IMG/VR virus record: IMGVR_UViG_3300022407_004534
Span: 1 to 25,914 of that record
Length of the DNA: 25,914 bases
Source: a virus
Taxonomy: Duplodnaviria > Caudoviricetes
Strand: one strand, 5' to 3'
Positions within the stretch are counted from its first letter, which is position 1. Each line of letters opens with the position of its first letter. This document shows, in pieces, positions 8,966 to 18,585 of the stretch. The notes under the pieces were generated by a model. The model was not told where the DNA came from. It did no database searches and saw nothing but the letters and a program-made list of their open reading frames with translations. The position numbers and the translations under genes are program-made.

Positions 8966-10084
8966 ATGGATAATTTTAAAAATCATATTGATAAGTTAGT
9001 TTCAAAAGTACTTAATGAGGAAATTGAGAGTAAAGTTAAACAAATCACTCAAGAGATGAGTGGAGAATGGACTGAAATTAAAATGGAAGAAGATTTTAAG
9101 GATGGAAGAAAGAAAATTGACGTTGCTGAACCAAAAGGTAAAATAACAAGTGCTGACTTTAAAAAACTTAGAAAAAATAAAGAATCTCAAGTCACTAAGA
9201 AACATGTAGGTACTCACGATATGGAAGAACAAGAAACTGAAGAAGGAAACGCTTTTTCAGGTGCATTATCAGACGCAAAGAAAAGAGGTAAAGATTCTTT
9301 TGAGGTTGATGGTAAAAAATATCCAGTTAAAGAGAATAAAGGGTCGTTAAAATTAACTGAAGATGAGTTAATTGATATGATTGAAAAAATTGTGATGGAA
9401 CAAAAAGTTAAAGATAATGATGAAAAAAATAACATCACCAAAAAAGTTGCTCAAGGTTTAAAAGACACTGATAAGGTTTTAGGTCAAAACAAAAAGATAA
9501 ATGACGACCATACCAAGGAAGTTGTTAAAAAGATGAAGGAATATATGAAAGATATGTTTACGGGTGGTAATGAATATGAAGACCAACCTGAAGATTTCCC
9601 TCAAAGTAACTATGATATGGAAAAAGAGCATAAGGAGAAAAAATATAACCCATCAGACGCTGTTGAAGAATATATTGAGGCATTTGCATATCCGGGAATG
9701 ACTAATTTAGTGTATGATGAAATCAAACCTGATGGTGAAATGATTGAAAAACAAATGAAAGGTGACTCTAAAAATGGTAATGCTGTTACAAGTAAAGATG
9801 GTAAAGCATTAGGTAATGTATCAAAAAGAAGTTTAAAAGTTGGTGAGAGATTCAAAAAGAATTTTGATGAAAATTTATATGGGGCAGAACAAATGAACGG
9901 TTCGTATAAGAGAGTTCCACAACCCGTTGATGTTGCCGGTGATAAGAAACAAACAGGTTCACTAGGTAAAGCTGAAAAGATTTTAAATAAATTAGAATCG
10001 ACTGAAAACAAAAAAGACAAAATTGTTTCTGAAGAAATGAATAAGATGAAAAATTTAATCGGATACAATAGAAAAACACAATAA
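8966..10084 (+). CDS. Charged modular protein, putative head-internal/scaffold-like protein
   Basis: Lys/Glu-rich; modules KIDVAEPKGKITSADFKKLR, GNAFSGAL..KDSFEVDGKKY, LTEDELIDMIEKIVME, EEMNKMKNLIGY. Confidence 0.6.
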   Translation: MDNFKNHIDKLVSKVLNEEIESKVKQITQEMSGEWTEIKMEEDFKDGRKKIDVAEPKGKITSADFKKLRKNKESQVTKKHVGTHDMEEQETEEGNAFSGALSDAKKRGKDSFEVDGKKYPVKENKGSLKLTEDELIDMIEKIVMEQKVKDNDEKNNITKKVAQGLKDTDKVLGQNKKINDDHTKEVVKKMKEYMKDMFTGGNEYEDQPEDFPQSNYDMEKEHKEKKYNPSDAVEEYIEAFAYPGMTNLVYDEIKPDGEMIEKQMKGDSKNGNAVTSKDGKALGNVSKRSLKVGERFKKNFDENLYGAEQMNGSYKRVPQPVDVAGDKKQTGSLGKAEKILNKLESTENKKDKIVSEEMNKMKNLIGYNRKTQ

Positions 10085-10087
10085 AAA

Positions 10088-10116
10088 TTCACATTTCAAA
10101 TGATTTATACTATATT
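10088..10116 (+). promoter_or_regulatory. Sigma70-like promoter
   Basis: TTCACA-N17-TATATT, 8 nt before ATG 10125. Confidence 0.45.
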
Positions 10117-10124
10117 CTCCATAG

Positions 10125-10592
10125 ATGACTTCTATGGAGAATTTTTTTAATTATATGACCAAGACAATACCAAAAGACGAAATAATAATTTGGTTTAATA
10201 TTCATAATATGTATTATGAAAAAATCGAGTTATATGGTGATATCTTTAAATCGCTAAATTATATTATTGTTGGAACTCATATGGGGGATGAGTTTCGTGA
10301 AACTAAAATCATCTTAACTAAAGAAGATAATGAAAATCATTTTGTGTGGTGTTGGAATAAAATGGTTGATGATTTTCGTAAAGAAAATATAATAATTGAT
10401 GAATATGGTGAACATAGAGATTATTTCATATCTTTTTTTAATGACTCTTTTTATAATCAATCAGATAAGAAAACCCGAGACTCAATAGATGAGTTTTTAA
10501 TTGAGATATTTGATGTTAATAAAGTTTTTGTTAAACCGGATTTAGATATCCTAACTGAGTTTTATAAAATACTCCAAAAGTATGTTAACTAA
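10125..10592 (+). CDS. Hypothetical protein
   Basis: 155-aa ORF filling the gap, with typical codon usage. Confidence 0.65.
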   Translation: MTSMENFFNYMTKTIPKDEIIIWFNIHNMYYEKIELYGDIFKSLNYIIVGTHMGDEFRETKIILTKEDNENHFVWCWNKMVDDFRKENIIIDEYGEHRDYFISFFNDSFYNQSDKKTRDSIDEFLIEIFDVNKVFVKPDLDILTEFYKILQKYVN

Positions 10593-10672
10593 AAAAAACC
10601 TTATTTGTATTTACACCAGAGTAAAAAAACTTAATATTTCTCTATAATAATAAACAAAATAACTTTTTAAAA

Positions 10673-10858
10673 ATGGAAACATTAGAAAAAATCAAAGCGT
10701 TGACTGAACAATTGTCAGTAGATGCAACCAAATTCTATAACGGAAATAAAAGTGCTGGTACAAGAACTAGAAAATCTGCTCAAGAATTAAAAACCTTACT
10801 TCAAGAATTTAGAATTGAAATACTTGAACATAGTAAAAAAGGAGATGCGAATGCATAA
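10673..10858 (+). CDS. Histone H1-like Hc1-family nucleoid protein
   Basis: KFYNGNKSAGTRTRKSAQELKTLLQEFR matches the Hc1 motif GNKAAGTRARK. Confidence 0.85.
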   Translation: METLEKIKALTEQLSVDATKFYNGNKSAGTRTRKSAQELKTLLQEFRIEILEHSKKGDANA

Positions 10859-11036
10859 TATTGAAACAATATATCTTTTTATATTTGTGTTTGCAATATT
10901 GGTGGTGTCTAAAAACACCACAAAGTTTATAAGTGCCCTGTTATCATCAGAACCAAAACTTTTGGTTTACAATAACAGGGAACTTATTTTCCTTGGGTTA
11001 TCATTAAGTTATTTAATTACATACATATTACAATGA
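10851..11036 (+). CDS. Small two-TM membrane protein
   Basis: IYLFIFVFAILVV and LIFLGLSLSYLITYIL; start probably 10851 (or 10845). Confidence 0.6.
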   Translation: MHNIETIYLFIFVFAILVVSKNTTKFISALLSSEPKLLVYNNRELIFLGLSLSYLITYILQ

Positions 11037-11488
11037 GTTTTTATAAAGAATTAGCACCATTTGTGCAATACATCCATTCAATAAGAAAATTAGAAAACTA
11101 TTTGAGTTTCGATATGGTATTTCCAACTAAATGGACATTACCTAAAAGTATTATTGATGAAGGACAAGTGATTTCTTTTAATGTTGAGAATCAAAATTCA
11201 AAAGGGGTGACTTTTGTTTCTCAGATTAATGAGAATGATATTTCGTTAATATTAATTAAAATTGCAAAAATTATTAAATTAAATAAGGAAAGGGAATTAA
11301 AAGAACAATTGTTTAGACAGACGATTGACCAACTAAAACAAACATTTGAAAAAAATGATTTGGATAAATTACAAAATCTTTATTTTGATTTTGAAACGGA
11401 TATAACACCAAATTTAGATTTAGATGAGCAAAACGGACAAGAGTCAACAACTATTGAGTTGGTTGACGAGCGAGAAGAAGAAAGATAA
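11033..11488 (+). CDS. Hypothetical protein
   Basis: Overlaps upstream gene by 4 nt (ATGA); 151 aa. Confidence 0.65.
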   Translation: MSFYKELAPFVQYIHSIRKLENYLSFDMVFPTKWTLPKSIIDEGQVISFNVENQNSKGVTFVSQINENDISLILIKIAKIIKLNKERELKEQLFRQTIDQLKQTFEKNDLDKLQNLYFDFETDITPNLDLDEQNGQESTTIELVDEREEER

Positions 11489-11618
11489 TAGGGAGCTTGA
11501 AAATAGTAAGCAACGACTTATTTGGGAGATTAAAAACATAAAAAAAGAGGATATGTTTCCTCAACCTAAAAAAATAACATTATGGAGGAAAATAAAAATA
11601 TTACTTTTGGGGAGTTAG
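11424..11618 (+). CDS. Small hypothetical protein
   Basis: Part of a chain of overlapping ORFs. Confidence 0.5.
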   Translation: MSKTDKSQQLLSWLTSEKKKDNRELENSKQRLIWEIKNIKKEDMFPQPKKITLWRKIKILLLGS

Positions 11619-11812
11619 AAAAACTAGCCTTAATTGCTGAATCTTGTCAAACTATTTTTAGTGGTAAAGGTACTATAATATTTGAATTACCAAAAGGTGA
11701 ATACGCAAGTGTCATTAATCATTTCAGGGAGATTGATAGACACCATGAACAATTTTCAATTGATATCTCCGGAACTGAATTTCATTTTATTTTGAAGGAG
11801 GTAGAGAAGTAA
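11582..11812 (+). CDS. Small hypothetical protein
   Basis: 76 aa, globular-looking; converges on the minus-strand gene. Confidence 0.6.
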   Translation: MEENKNITFGELEKLALIAESCQTIFSGKGTIIFELPKGEYASVINHFREIDRHHEQFSIDISGTEFHFILKEVEK

Positions 11813-12431
11813 ACTTTCTATATAATATTTTCTTATCAATACCGTAAGATTCTAACATATTAAAAAGGTATTTTCTTTGAGCGGAGGAGTGGTCTTTAAC
11901 AAAAAGACAATCTCCTCTTTTTATTTTAAAAAAGTACGATGAAAGACTATCAATAAATCTTAATGATTCGAATTCCGATTTTAAAGTAAATAGATTGATT
12001 TTCTCGTCCTCTTGGACAATAATTTTATTATTGAGACTTGATATCATTTTTAATCCATCACCCTTTAAATATGTCTTAATTAATTCCTGAGTGGTCATTT
12101 TTTTGTTTTTAGTTAGGTCATAAATCTTTTCTTCTTTTTTATAATACCCAATATTAAATAATGTCATCCCATCTCCCTCAAGTTTAACTTTAGAACTTCT
12201 ACCGTATTCGTCAGTCATATACACAGGGATGAGTTGATTATTACTTAATTCAATTAAACCTAACTCATATCTAGTCTCCATACCATTTTCTACTTCAACA
12301 TTAAAAATAACCTCATTTGATTCTTTTAATAATTTGTCGTAATATTGTTTAGCTCGTGAAAATGTCACGAACTTATTTATAATTTTTTTACGTTTCTTAT
12401 TTTTGAATAAGACAACTAGATAATTTACCAT
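11787..12431 (-). CDS. Hypothetical basic protein
   Basis: Likely start at CAT 12429-31 (MVNYLVVLFKNKK); the longer start overlaps dnaJ. Confidence 0.65.
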   Translation of the reverse strand: MVNYLVVLFKNKKRKKIINKFVTFSRAKQYYDKLLKESNEVIFNVEVENGMETRYELGLIELSNNQLIPVYMTDEYGRSSKVKLEGDGMTLFNIGYYKKEEKIYDLTKNKKMTTQELIKTYLKGDGLKMISSLNNKIIVQEDEKINLFTLKSEFESLRFIDSLSSYFFKIKRGDCLFVKDHSSAQRKYLFNMLESYGIDKKILYRKFTSLPPSK

Positions 12432-12433
12432 AT

Positions 12434-13357
12434 ATGAAAGATTACTATAAAATATTAGAAGTTGAAGAGAAAGCTTCACAACAAGAGATAAAAAAAAATT
12501 ATCGCGCTCTATCTAAGAAATATCACCCGGATGTAAATCCTGAAGGTGGAGAACAATTTAAAGATATTGCAGAAGCTTATGACATTATAGGTAATGACGA
12601 GAAACGAGCTCAATATGACCAAAATAAAAATAATCCATTTGTTGGAAATGGTAATACTTCATTTGAGGAAATGTTTAGTCAAATGTTTAATCGAGGGAAT
12701 GCTCAAAGAACAAGGAGAAAATCAGTACCTGATAAAATACTTAAGGTACAGATAAGTCCTATTGAATCTTATCAAGGGGTTAATAAAAAAATACAATATT
12801 TAAAAGACACACAATGTGGTGGGTGTGGAGGTAATGGTGGGCAACAACAAACCTGTGTTACATGTAACGGTGCCGGATTCCAAATTAAAACATTTGGAAC
12901 AGGATTTATGGTTCAACAAATCAGACAAGCCTGTGCAAGTTGTGGTGGTAGAGGTTACACTTTAATTCATAAATGTAGCACATGTAATGGAGTTGGAACT
13001 AAGAGTGAAATGAGTATGGTTAATTTTAAATTACCTAAAAGTGTTGATAGTGGACAATTTTTAAAATTAGAAAATTTTGGTGATTTCAGACAAGGGGAAA
13101 TTGGTGATTTGGTTATTCAAATTGAGGTAATTGAAAAAGATGGGTTTGAAAAAATAAATAATGATTTAATTTATAGTTTATTTCTTGATTTAGAAGGTAT
13201 GAAAGATGACAAACTAAAAGTTCCTCATCCGGATGGGGATTTAATGTTAGGACAACCTAAAATATTTGACACCTCAAAACCTTTAAGACTAAAAGGGAAA
13301 GGTTACAATGGAGGTGACATGTATGTTAAATTAAATGTGAGATTTGAAAGACCTTAA
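12434..13357 (+). CDS. dnaJ: DnaJ (class A) co-chaperone
   Basis: DYYKILEV, HPD motif, four CxxCxGxG zinc-finger repeats, GDL..I and C-terminal domain. Confidence 0.95.
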   Translation: MKDYYKILEVEEKASQQEIKKNYRALSKKYHPDVNPEGGEQFKDIAEAYDIIGNDEKRAQYDQNKNNPFVGNGNTSFEEMFSQMFNRGNAQRTRRKSVPDKILKVQISPIESYQGVNKKIQYLKDTQCGGCGGNGGQQQTCVTCNGAGFQIKTFGTGFMVQQIRQACASCGGRGYTLIHKCSTCNGVGTKSEMSMVNFKLPKSVDSGQFLKLENFGDFRQGEIGDLVIQIEVIEKDGFEKINNDLIYSLFLDLEGMKDDKLKVPHPDGDLMLGQPKIFDTSKPLRLKGKGYNGGDMYVKLNVRFERP

Positions 13358-13542
13358 TTAAAAAGGTTTATAATCTTATTGATAATAACAATTGTTCCAT
13401 AGATTGACGCAAAAAGAACATAGGTCCCAATAACAATACCACCAATTTGTTTCGTTGATGAGCCTGTTTTTTGTTTACACTTCTTACATCCACCTGAGTT
13501 TATGTCATTCTCATTAATAATTGTTCCTTCAACTGATTCCAT
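13354..13542 (-). CDS. Small CxxC protein with C-terminal TM helix
   Basis: GGCKKCK followed by a hydrophobic segment; TATTTATA motif upstream on the minus strand (13567-74). Confidence 0.55.
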   Translation of the reverse strand: MESVEGTIINENDINSGGCKKCKQKTGSSTKQIGGIVIGTYVLFASIYGTIVIINKIINLFN

Positions 13543-13640
13543 GTTTCTAATGTTTTATCTCTTAAATATAAATAAAAATAATCACGAGTAAATTTCCCTT
13601 TTCATTTTTTTTTTCGTATAATTAATAAAAAACTAATTTT

Positions 13641-14483
13641 ATGGCGTTATCATACATCGGAGGAAAATCTAAAATAGGGAAATGGATTGTTCCATTTTAC
13701 CCTGAAGACATGGAAACATATATTGAACCATTTGGGGGGATGTTTTGGTGTTTTTTCAACATGGATTTAACTAAGTATCCAAATTTAAAAGAAGTTGTTT
13801 ATAACGACTTTAATCCACTTAATTATAATTTATTCCAATGTATTCAAAATCCTGAATTATTGTTGGAAGAGATTAATAATATTCCTTGTCAAGAAAGAGG
13901 AATCGAAATAACACCTGAAATTTATAAAGAACAATTCATCAGGTTCCAAGCTGAAATATTTGGAGAGAATTTCAGCGTACAGGCTTATGATTATGTTACC
14001 GCTGCGAAATATGCATATGTTTTAACTCAAGTTTTTAGTGGTTCAAAACCTGAGACTAGTTCATTTATTGACCTTAAAGGAAAGTATAAATCAAAATACT
14101 TAACCTTTAGAGATAAGTTATCAAATCCTAAATGGGTGGAACATTTTGTTAGAATCACCAAAGTTGAAAATATGGATTTCCAAGACTTAATTACTAAATA
14201 TGATTCACCAACAACATATATTTATTTAGACCCTCCGTATTGGAAAACTGAAAACTATTATTCTAATCATGACTTTGATAGTGGTGACCACGAAAGGTTG
14301 GCGGATTGTATCAAGGTGGCTCAATCGAAATGGTCTTTATCTTATTATGATTTCCCTCAATTACATAAGTGGTTCCCACAAGGTGTGTATCGATGGGAGG
14401 AAAAAGAATTTGCTAAAGCGGCTGCGGCTAAAAAAGGAGTAAAACAAAATTTATCAAAAGAGCTACTTATATTAAATTATTGA
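13641..14483 (+). CDS. dam: Dam-family (D12 class, alpha) N6-adenine DNA methyltransferase
   Basis: YIGGKS, YIEPFGG, YNDFN, YLDPPY, LSY, ELLILNY. Confidence 0.9.
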   Translation: MALSYIGGKSKIGKWIVPFYPEDMETYIEPFGGMFWCFFNMDLTKYPNLKEVVYNDFNPLNYNLFQCIQNPELLLEEINNIPCQERGIEITPEIYKEQFIRFQAEIFGENFSVQAYDYVTAAKYAYVLTQVFSGSKPETSSFIDLKGKYKSKYLTFRDKLSNPKWVEHFVRITKVENMDFQDLITKYDSPTTYIYLDPPYWKTENYYSNHDFDSGDHERLADCIKVAQSKWSLSYYDFPQLHKWFPQGVYRWEEKEFAKAAAAKKGVKQNLSKELLILNY

Positions 14484-14525
14484 TTATATTTGTATTCGAT
14501 ATATTTATAATTAAATTAGTTTAAC

Positions 14526-15845
14526 ATGAAATTTACACCATTATTAAAGTCAATTATTTTAGAGCAGTCAAAGTTTGAATTTTTATCCAATAAGTACTTA
14601 AAACCTATTGTTAATAAGGAAGGTAAGAAATTAAAACCAAAATTGAGTCAACAAGAATTAAATGCTTTTGTTGAGGCTGACCCAACAACTCGATTAAATA
14701 ATGTTGATTTAGGGAATATGTCTAAAGATGATTTAGGTAAAATCAAAGCAGGTAAATATGTTGATTGGTTGGTAAATCAATACTTAAGTCTTAAAACTGA
14801 AAGACAACCGGGGGAAAATGGATACGACCGTGAACTAAGAAATGCGAGAGAAACTTTTATGGAAGACCTTTATAAGGTTACTGATGACTTAAAGAAATTT
14901 GAGAGATTCAAAGGGAAAATTAAAGGTGAAAAAGATATCAATAAATTAACTGCTGACCAATTATATGATGCGGTTAAAGACTTCGACCTTACACTTGCAT
15001 CAACAACTAAAGCCGAGAGAAAATCTGCTGAGGTTCATCCGGGGTCTAAATTAGTTTATGATGGGCCTAATTGGAGAGTTATAGAAATTGAAGATAAAGG
15101 ACCGGTAGGTAAAGAGGCAGCTTGTTTCTATGGAGGTAATAACCAAGAAACTAGATGGTGTACTTCAACTCCGGGTACTGACCAATGGTTTCAACGATAT
15201 ATTAATAAGGGACCATTATATGTTATTTATAACCCTAATGATTCAGATGTTGCACCTACAACAGGATTACCTAAAAATAGATATCAATTCCATTTCCCTG
15301 ATGCTCAGTTTATGGATAAAGATGACCGTCAACAAGATTTGGTTCAGTTATTAACTGGTCCAATGGCGGATTTAAAAGATTTCTTTAAACCTGAGTTCGC
15401 TAAAGGGCTTACAGTTGGTGGTGAAAAATTAGTTATAGATAGTTTCACTCATGGTGCTGTTGGTAAATTCATTGCGCTTTATGGGTTGGAAGATTTGATT
15501 GGTAATTTACCTCAGACTTTAAAAGAGTTCCAAATTCAAAATAAAGATGCGAATAATAATATTCTTATTAATATTCCTGAAGATATTGGAAGATTTAAAG
15601 ATTTGAATATGATTATGTTGGATAATTGTGTTGCTAGTATTCCGGATTCTGTTTGTAATTTACCAAAACTTAAGTTTTTGGCTTTAATAAATAACAAACA
15701 ACTTAAATCAGTTCCTGAATGTGTGTCAAGTTTACCATCATTGTTATTCCTTAATTTAAAAGGGAGTCCAAATGTTGAGGTACCTCAAGCGATTAGAGAA
15801 AAAGGAACCGACATGGGAGGTGGTATGTGGGATTTACAAGACTAA
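14526..15845 (+). CDS. WC-domain (PcfJ-related) protein with C-terminal leucine-rich repeats
   Basis: AACFYG..TRWCTS..F.RY..GPLY motif; about 4 LRRs (IPEDIGRFKDLNMIML, IPDSVCNLPKLKFLALINN, VPECVSSLPSLLFLNL). Confidence 0.75.
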   Translation: MKFTPLLKSIILEQSKFEFLSNKYLKPIVNKEGKKLKPKLSQQELNAFVEADPTTRLNNVDLGNMSKDDLGKIKAGKYVDWLVNQYLSLKTERQPGENGYDRELRNARETFMEDLYKVTDDLKKFERFKGKIKGEKDINKLTADQLYDAVKDFDLTLASTTKAERKSAEVHPGSKLVYDGPNWRVIEIEDKGPVGKEAACFYGGNNQETRWCTSTPGTDQWFQRYINKGPLYVIYNPNDSDVAPTTGLPKNRYQFHFPDAQFMDKDDRQQDLVQLLTGPMADLKDFFKPEFAKGLTVGGEKLVIDSFTHGAVGKFIALYGLEDLIGNLPQTLKEFQIQNKDANNNILINIPEDIGRFKDLNMIMLDNCVASIPDSVCNLPKLKFLALINNKQLKSVPECVSSLPSLLFLNLKGSPNVEVPQAIREKGTDMGGGMWDLQD

Positions 15846-15860
15846 TTAAAATAAAAAAAT

Positions 15861-16208
15861 ATGAATGTAGATATTGAAGTGTATTTAAGTGGTATAATGA
15901 AATTCTTTAAAGATAATCCAAAAGATTTACTTAGTTTGGTGCCGAAAGATAAAGAAAATGACTTTTACTCAATGTTGAGAAAATATTCTTGTGATAATTA
16001 TGACAAAGGGGATGATTATGTCTTAACCCGGAGTCAACTACTTGAGATATGTGTTCAATTAAATGATTCAAAAAATATTCTAATTTTTCCGAAATTAATT
16101 GAAGAAAATGAGTTGGAGGTATTAAAATCAAGATTAGATAAGGCTCTCAACAACGAAGAATATGAGGAAGCCGCGAAACTCAGAGATAAAATAAAAGAAA
16201 TATCTTAA
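15861..16208 (+). CDS. Hypothetical protein with C-terminal UvrB/UvrC motif
   Basis: LKSRLDKALNNEEYEEAAKLRDKIKEI. Confidence 0.8.
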   Translation: MNVDIEVYLSGIMKFFKDNPKDLLSLVPKDKENDFYSMLRKYSCDNYDKGDDYVLTRSQLLEICVQLNDSKNILIFPKLIEENELEVLKSRLDKALNNEEYEEAAKLRDKIKEIS

Positions 16209-16215
16209 ATATATA

Positions 16216-16248
16216 AAAAAAAAGGGGACTAATTTGTTCTCTTTTTTT
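16216..16248 (+). terminator. Intrinsic terminator
   Basis: A-tract-GGGGAC-taattt-GTTCTC-T-tract (with G-U pairs). Confidence 0.6.
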
Positions 16249-16265
16249 ATTTTTTATTATCTTTG
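16233..16265 (+). promoter_or_regulatory. Bacteroidota primary-sigma promoter
   Basis: TTTG(16233-36)-N21-TATCTTTG(16258-65), 5 nt before ATG 16271. Confidence 0.7.
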
Positions 16266-16270
16266 CTCTT

Positions 16271-17956
16271 ATGAGACAAGAAATATTAAAATTCCAATAC
16301 GAAGAATACTATACGATAACACATAAGGGTTCAAATCCTATTAATTATAGTGTGGGTCAAACAATACCAACAGATTCTTGGTTAGACAATGTTTTTGAGT
16401 ATAAGGGTAAAGAAAGACTTGATTCACCACCTTCATCCAAGAGACCATTATTTGTTGTTGACGAAATTTATACTAATAATGAAGAAAAATATGTTGAGAA
16501 TTATGGTAATCCCATGTGTACCGTTAGGAAAGAATATATAATGGTAGTAATCGAACGAGATGGTGATAAACTTGCCTTGAAATTATTTAATGGTAGTAAG
16601 ATAAGAGTAAAAGGTACTTCATACTTTAGAGTTAAAAAGAATGTTGAGTATATTACCGTGAATACAAAAACGGGAGATGTATATAATGGGTACTTAAAGG
16701 GGTTTCAAAAAAAGAAAAATTACTCTAAAAAGATTAGACGAAATTATTTTAGGGACTGTTCTTTGGAGAGTATAAAAAGTAAAATAAGAAATTATTTAAA
16801 CATTTATAAAATTGAGAAGTCAACCTCTATTGCAGGTGATTTTGTTAATACTTTTATGGATGAGATAGACCAAAGATTATATGAGAATCTAAACCTTGAT
16901 GATAGGTTATTCAAATTTTATTTGGATAAAAGAAATATTAAATACCCTGATAACTTTGGGGCTTACAAAAATCATTTAATTGGACCATCAATCAGGAAAA
17001 AACTTAAAAAGAATGGTGGTAAGTTAGTTGACGCGTTTATGGATGAACATAATTTACATGGTAAAATTTTAAAAAAATCTCTACATGAATGTGAAAGAAT
17101 TTCTCTTGATGTTTATAATCATGCTCGAAATATGTTTGGCGATGATAAGTTAAACCAAGACTCGGGGGTTATAATTCCATTATTGGAAACATTAATACAT
17201 GTTAATAACTCAAACACTAGCGAAGGGTTGAAAAAAATTATGACAAATAGTGAGATGGATAGATATTATCAATCATTTAAACAAGTATTTGTTAATTCTA
17301 ATATGGATACTTATACTTTATCTGACCATGTTAGGATGTACTGTGAGTTAAAAAGATATGGTGTTGATGTTAAATGGAACGCAACTAACTCAACTGAGTT
17401 TCATAATGAACACTTAGATTGGACAGATAAGTTATCCCATTATAAAAATGGGACTTATAATAGAATTTACCCGGATATTCTTCATAAGTTATTGTCTAAA
17501 AAAATTGGTGATTATACTCCGGTATTATTAACTACATCACAAGAGTACAACGAAGAGAGTGCGACGCAATCAAATTGTGTTAAAGGATATGTAGGAAGAC
17601 CTGAATCAATTATTGTTTCATTAAGAAATGGAGATGAGCGTGCGACTATCGAATATCAAGTTAAATTAATTGATGAAAAAATCACAATTAATCGAGTTCA
17701 ATCTTTAGGTAAGCGTAATCAAAAATTAACTCCTGATTGGGATAATGTTATGTTGAGTTTAGATAAGATAATGTTATCATTCATTAAAGATAAAAATTTT
17801 GAATTGGTTAAGGTTATTAAAGAAAACGCTATGGGTATGAAGATAAGTTCTGATTCTAAATGGGGGTTAACTAAATGGGGTTCAACTCAATTAGAGTGGG
17901 AAAACTCAAAAATCTCTAATACTAATAGTTTTGAGGATTTATTTAATATAATATGA
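16271..17956 (+). CDS. PcfJ-like domain protein
   Basis: C-terminal H..W, LLTTSQEYNEESATQSNCVKGY, IVSLR..RATIEY, QSLGKRN. Confidence 0.75.
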   Translation: MRQEILKFQYEEYYTITHKGSNPINYSVGQTIPTDSWLDNVFEYKGKERLDSPPSSKRPLFVVDEIYTNNEEKYVENYGNPMCTVRKEYIMVVIERDGDKLALKLFNGSKIRVKGTSYFRVKKNVEYITVNTKTGDVYNGYLKGFQKKKNYSKKIRRNYFRDCSLESIKSKIRNYLNIYKIEKSTSIAGDFVNTFMDEIDQRLYENLNLDDRLFKFYLDKRNIKYPDNFGAYKNHLIGPSIRKKLKKNGGKLVDAFMDEHNLHGKILKKSLHECERISLDVYNHARNMFGDDKLNQDSGVIIPLLETLIHVNNSNTSEGLKKIMTNSEMDRYYQSFKQVFVNSNMDTYTLSDHVRMYCELKRYGVDVKWNATNSTEFHNEHLDWTDKLSHYKNGTYNRIYPDILHKLLSKKIGDYTPVLLTTSQEYNEESATQSNCVKGYVGRPESIIVSLRNGDERATIEYQVKLIDEKITINRVQSLGKRNQKLTPDWDNVMLSLDKIMLSFIKDKNFELVKVIKENAMGMKISSDSKWGLTKWGSTQLEWENSKISNTNSFEDLFNII

Positions 17957-18291
17957 AGAAACCAAATTACATTGAAAGAATTGAGGTAGATGAAGGAAAT
18001 AATTTTTCAGTTATGAATCTACCGTGTGCTCATATTGAGTTTGAAAAATTCATTAACGATAAATTTGAACTAGTGCATAGTATCTCAGATATTGAACAAA
18101 ATTTAAAAATTACCTTCAAAGAAAAACTTTACAAGACAAAACAAGAATTTTATTTATATTTATTAATAAATGAAGATGATAGTATTCAAAGTAGGGTCTA
18201 TTATAAACAGAAACAATTAGACGAACTTAGATTAATCATAGGACAAATTTTAAAACAAACAAATTTATGGAAATTACAACAGAAGAATTAA
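17953..18291 (+). CDS. Hypothetical protein
   Basis: ATGA overlap with upstream gene. Confidence 0.6.
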   Translation: MKKPNYIERIEVDEGNNFSVMNLPCAHIEFEKFINDKFELVHSISDIEQNLKITFKEKLYKTKQEFYLYLLINEDDSIQSRVYYKQKQLDELRLIIGQILKQTNLWKLQQKN

Positions 18292-18584
18292 AACAAAAAA
18301 TTGAGAATGGGGATAAATTAATCGTTGACTTCTACACCGATTGGTGTGGACCCTGTCGTATGATGAAACCTATTTTTGAAAAAGTTTCAGAACAATTTAG
18401 GGATGAAAACTCGGACATTCAATTATACACTATGAATGTTGAGAATAATAGAGATATTGCAGTGAAGTATGGTGTTAGAGCAGTACCGACAATTAAAGTA
18501 TTTAATGATGGAGACGTTATTAATACTAAAACAGGGGCTCAACAAGAATCTCAATTAATTGAGTTAGCTGATTCATTAAAATAA
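18267..18584 (+). CDS. trxA: Thioredoxin
   Basis: VDFYTDWCGPCR, YGVRAVPT. Confidence 0.95.
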   Translation: MEITTEELKQKIENGDKLIVDFYTDWCGPCRMMKPIFEKVSEQFRDENSDIQLYTMNVENNRDIAVKYGVRAVPTIKVFNDGDVINTKTGAQQESQLIELADSLK

Positions 18585-18585
18585 T

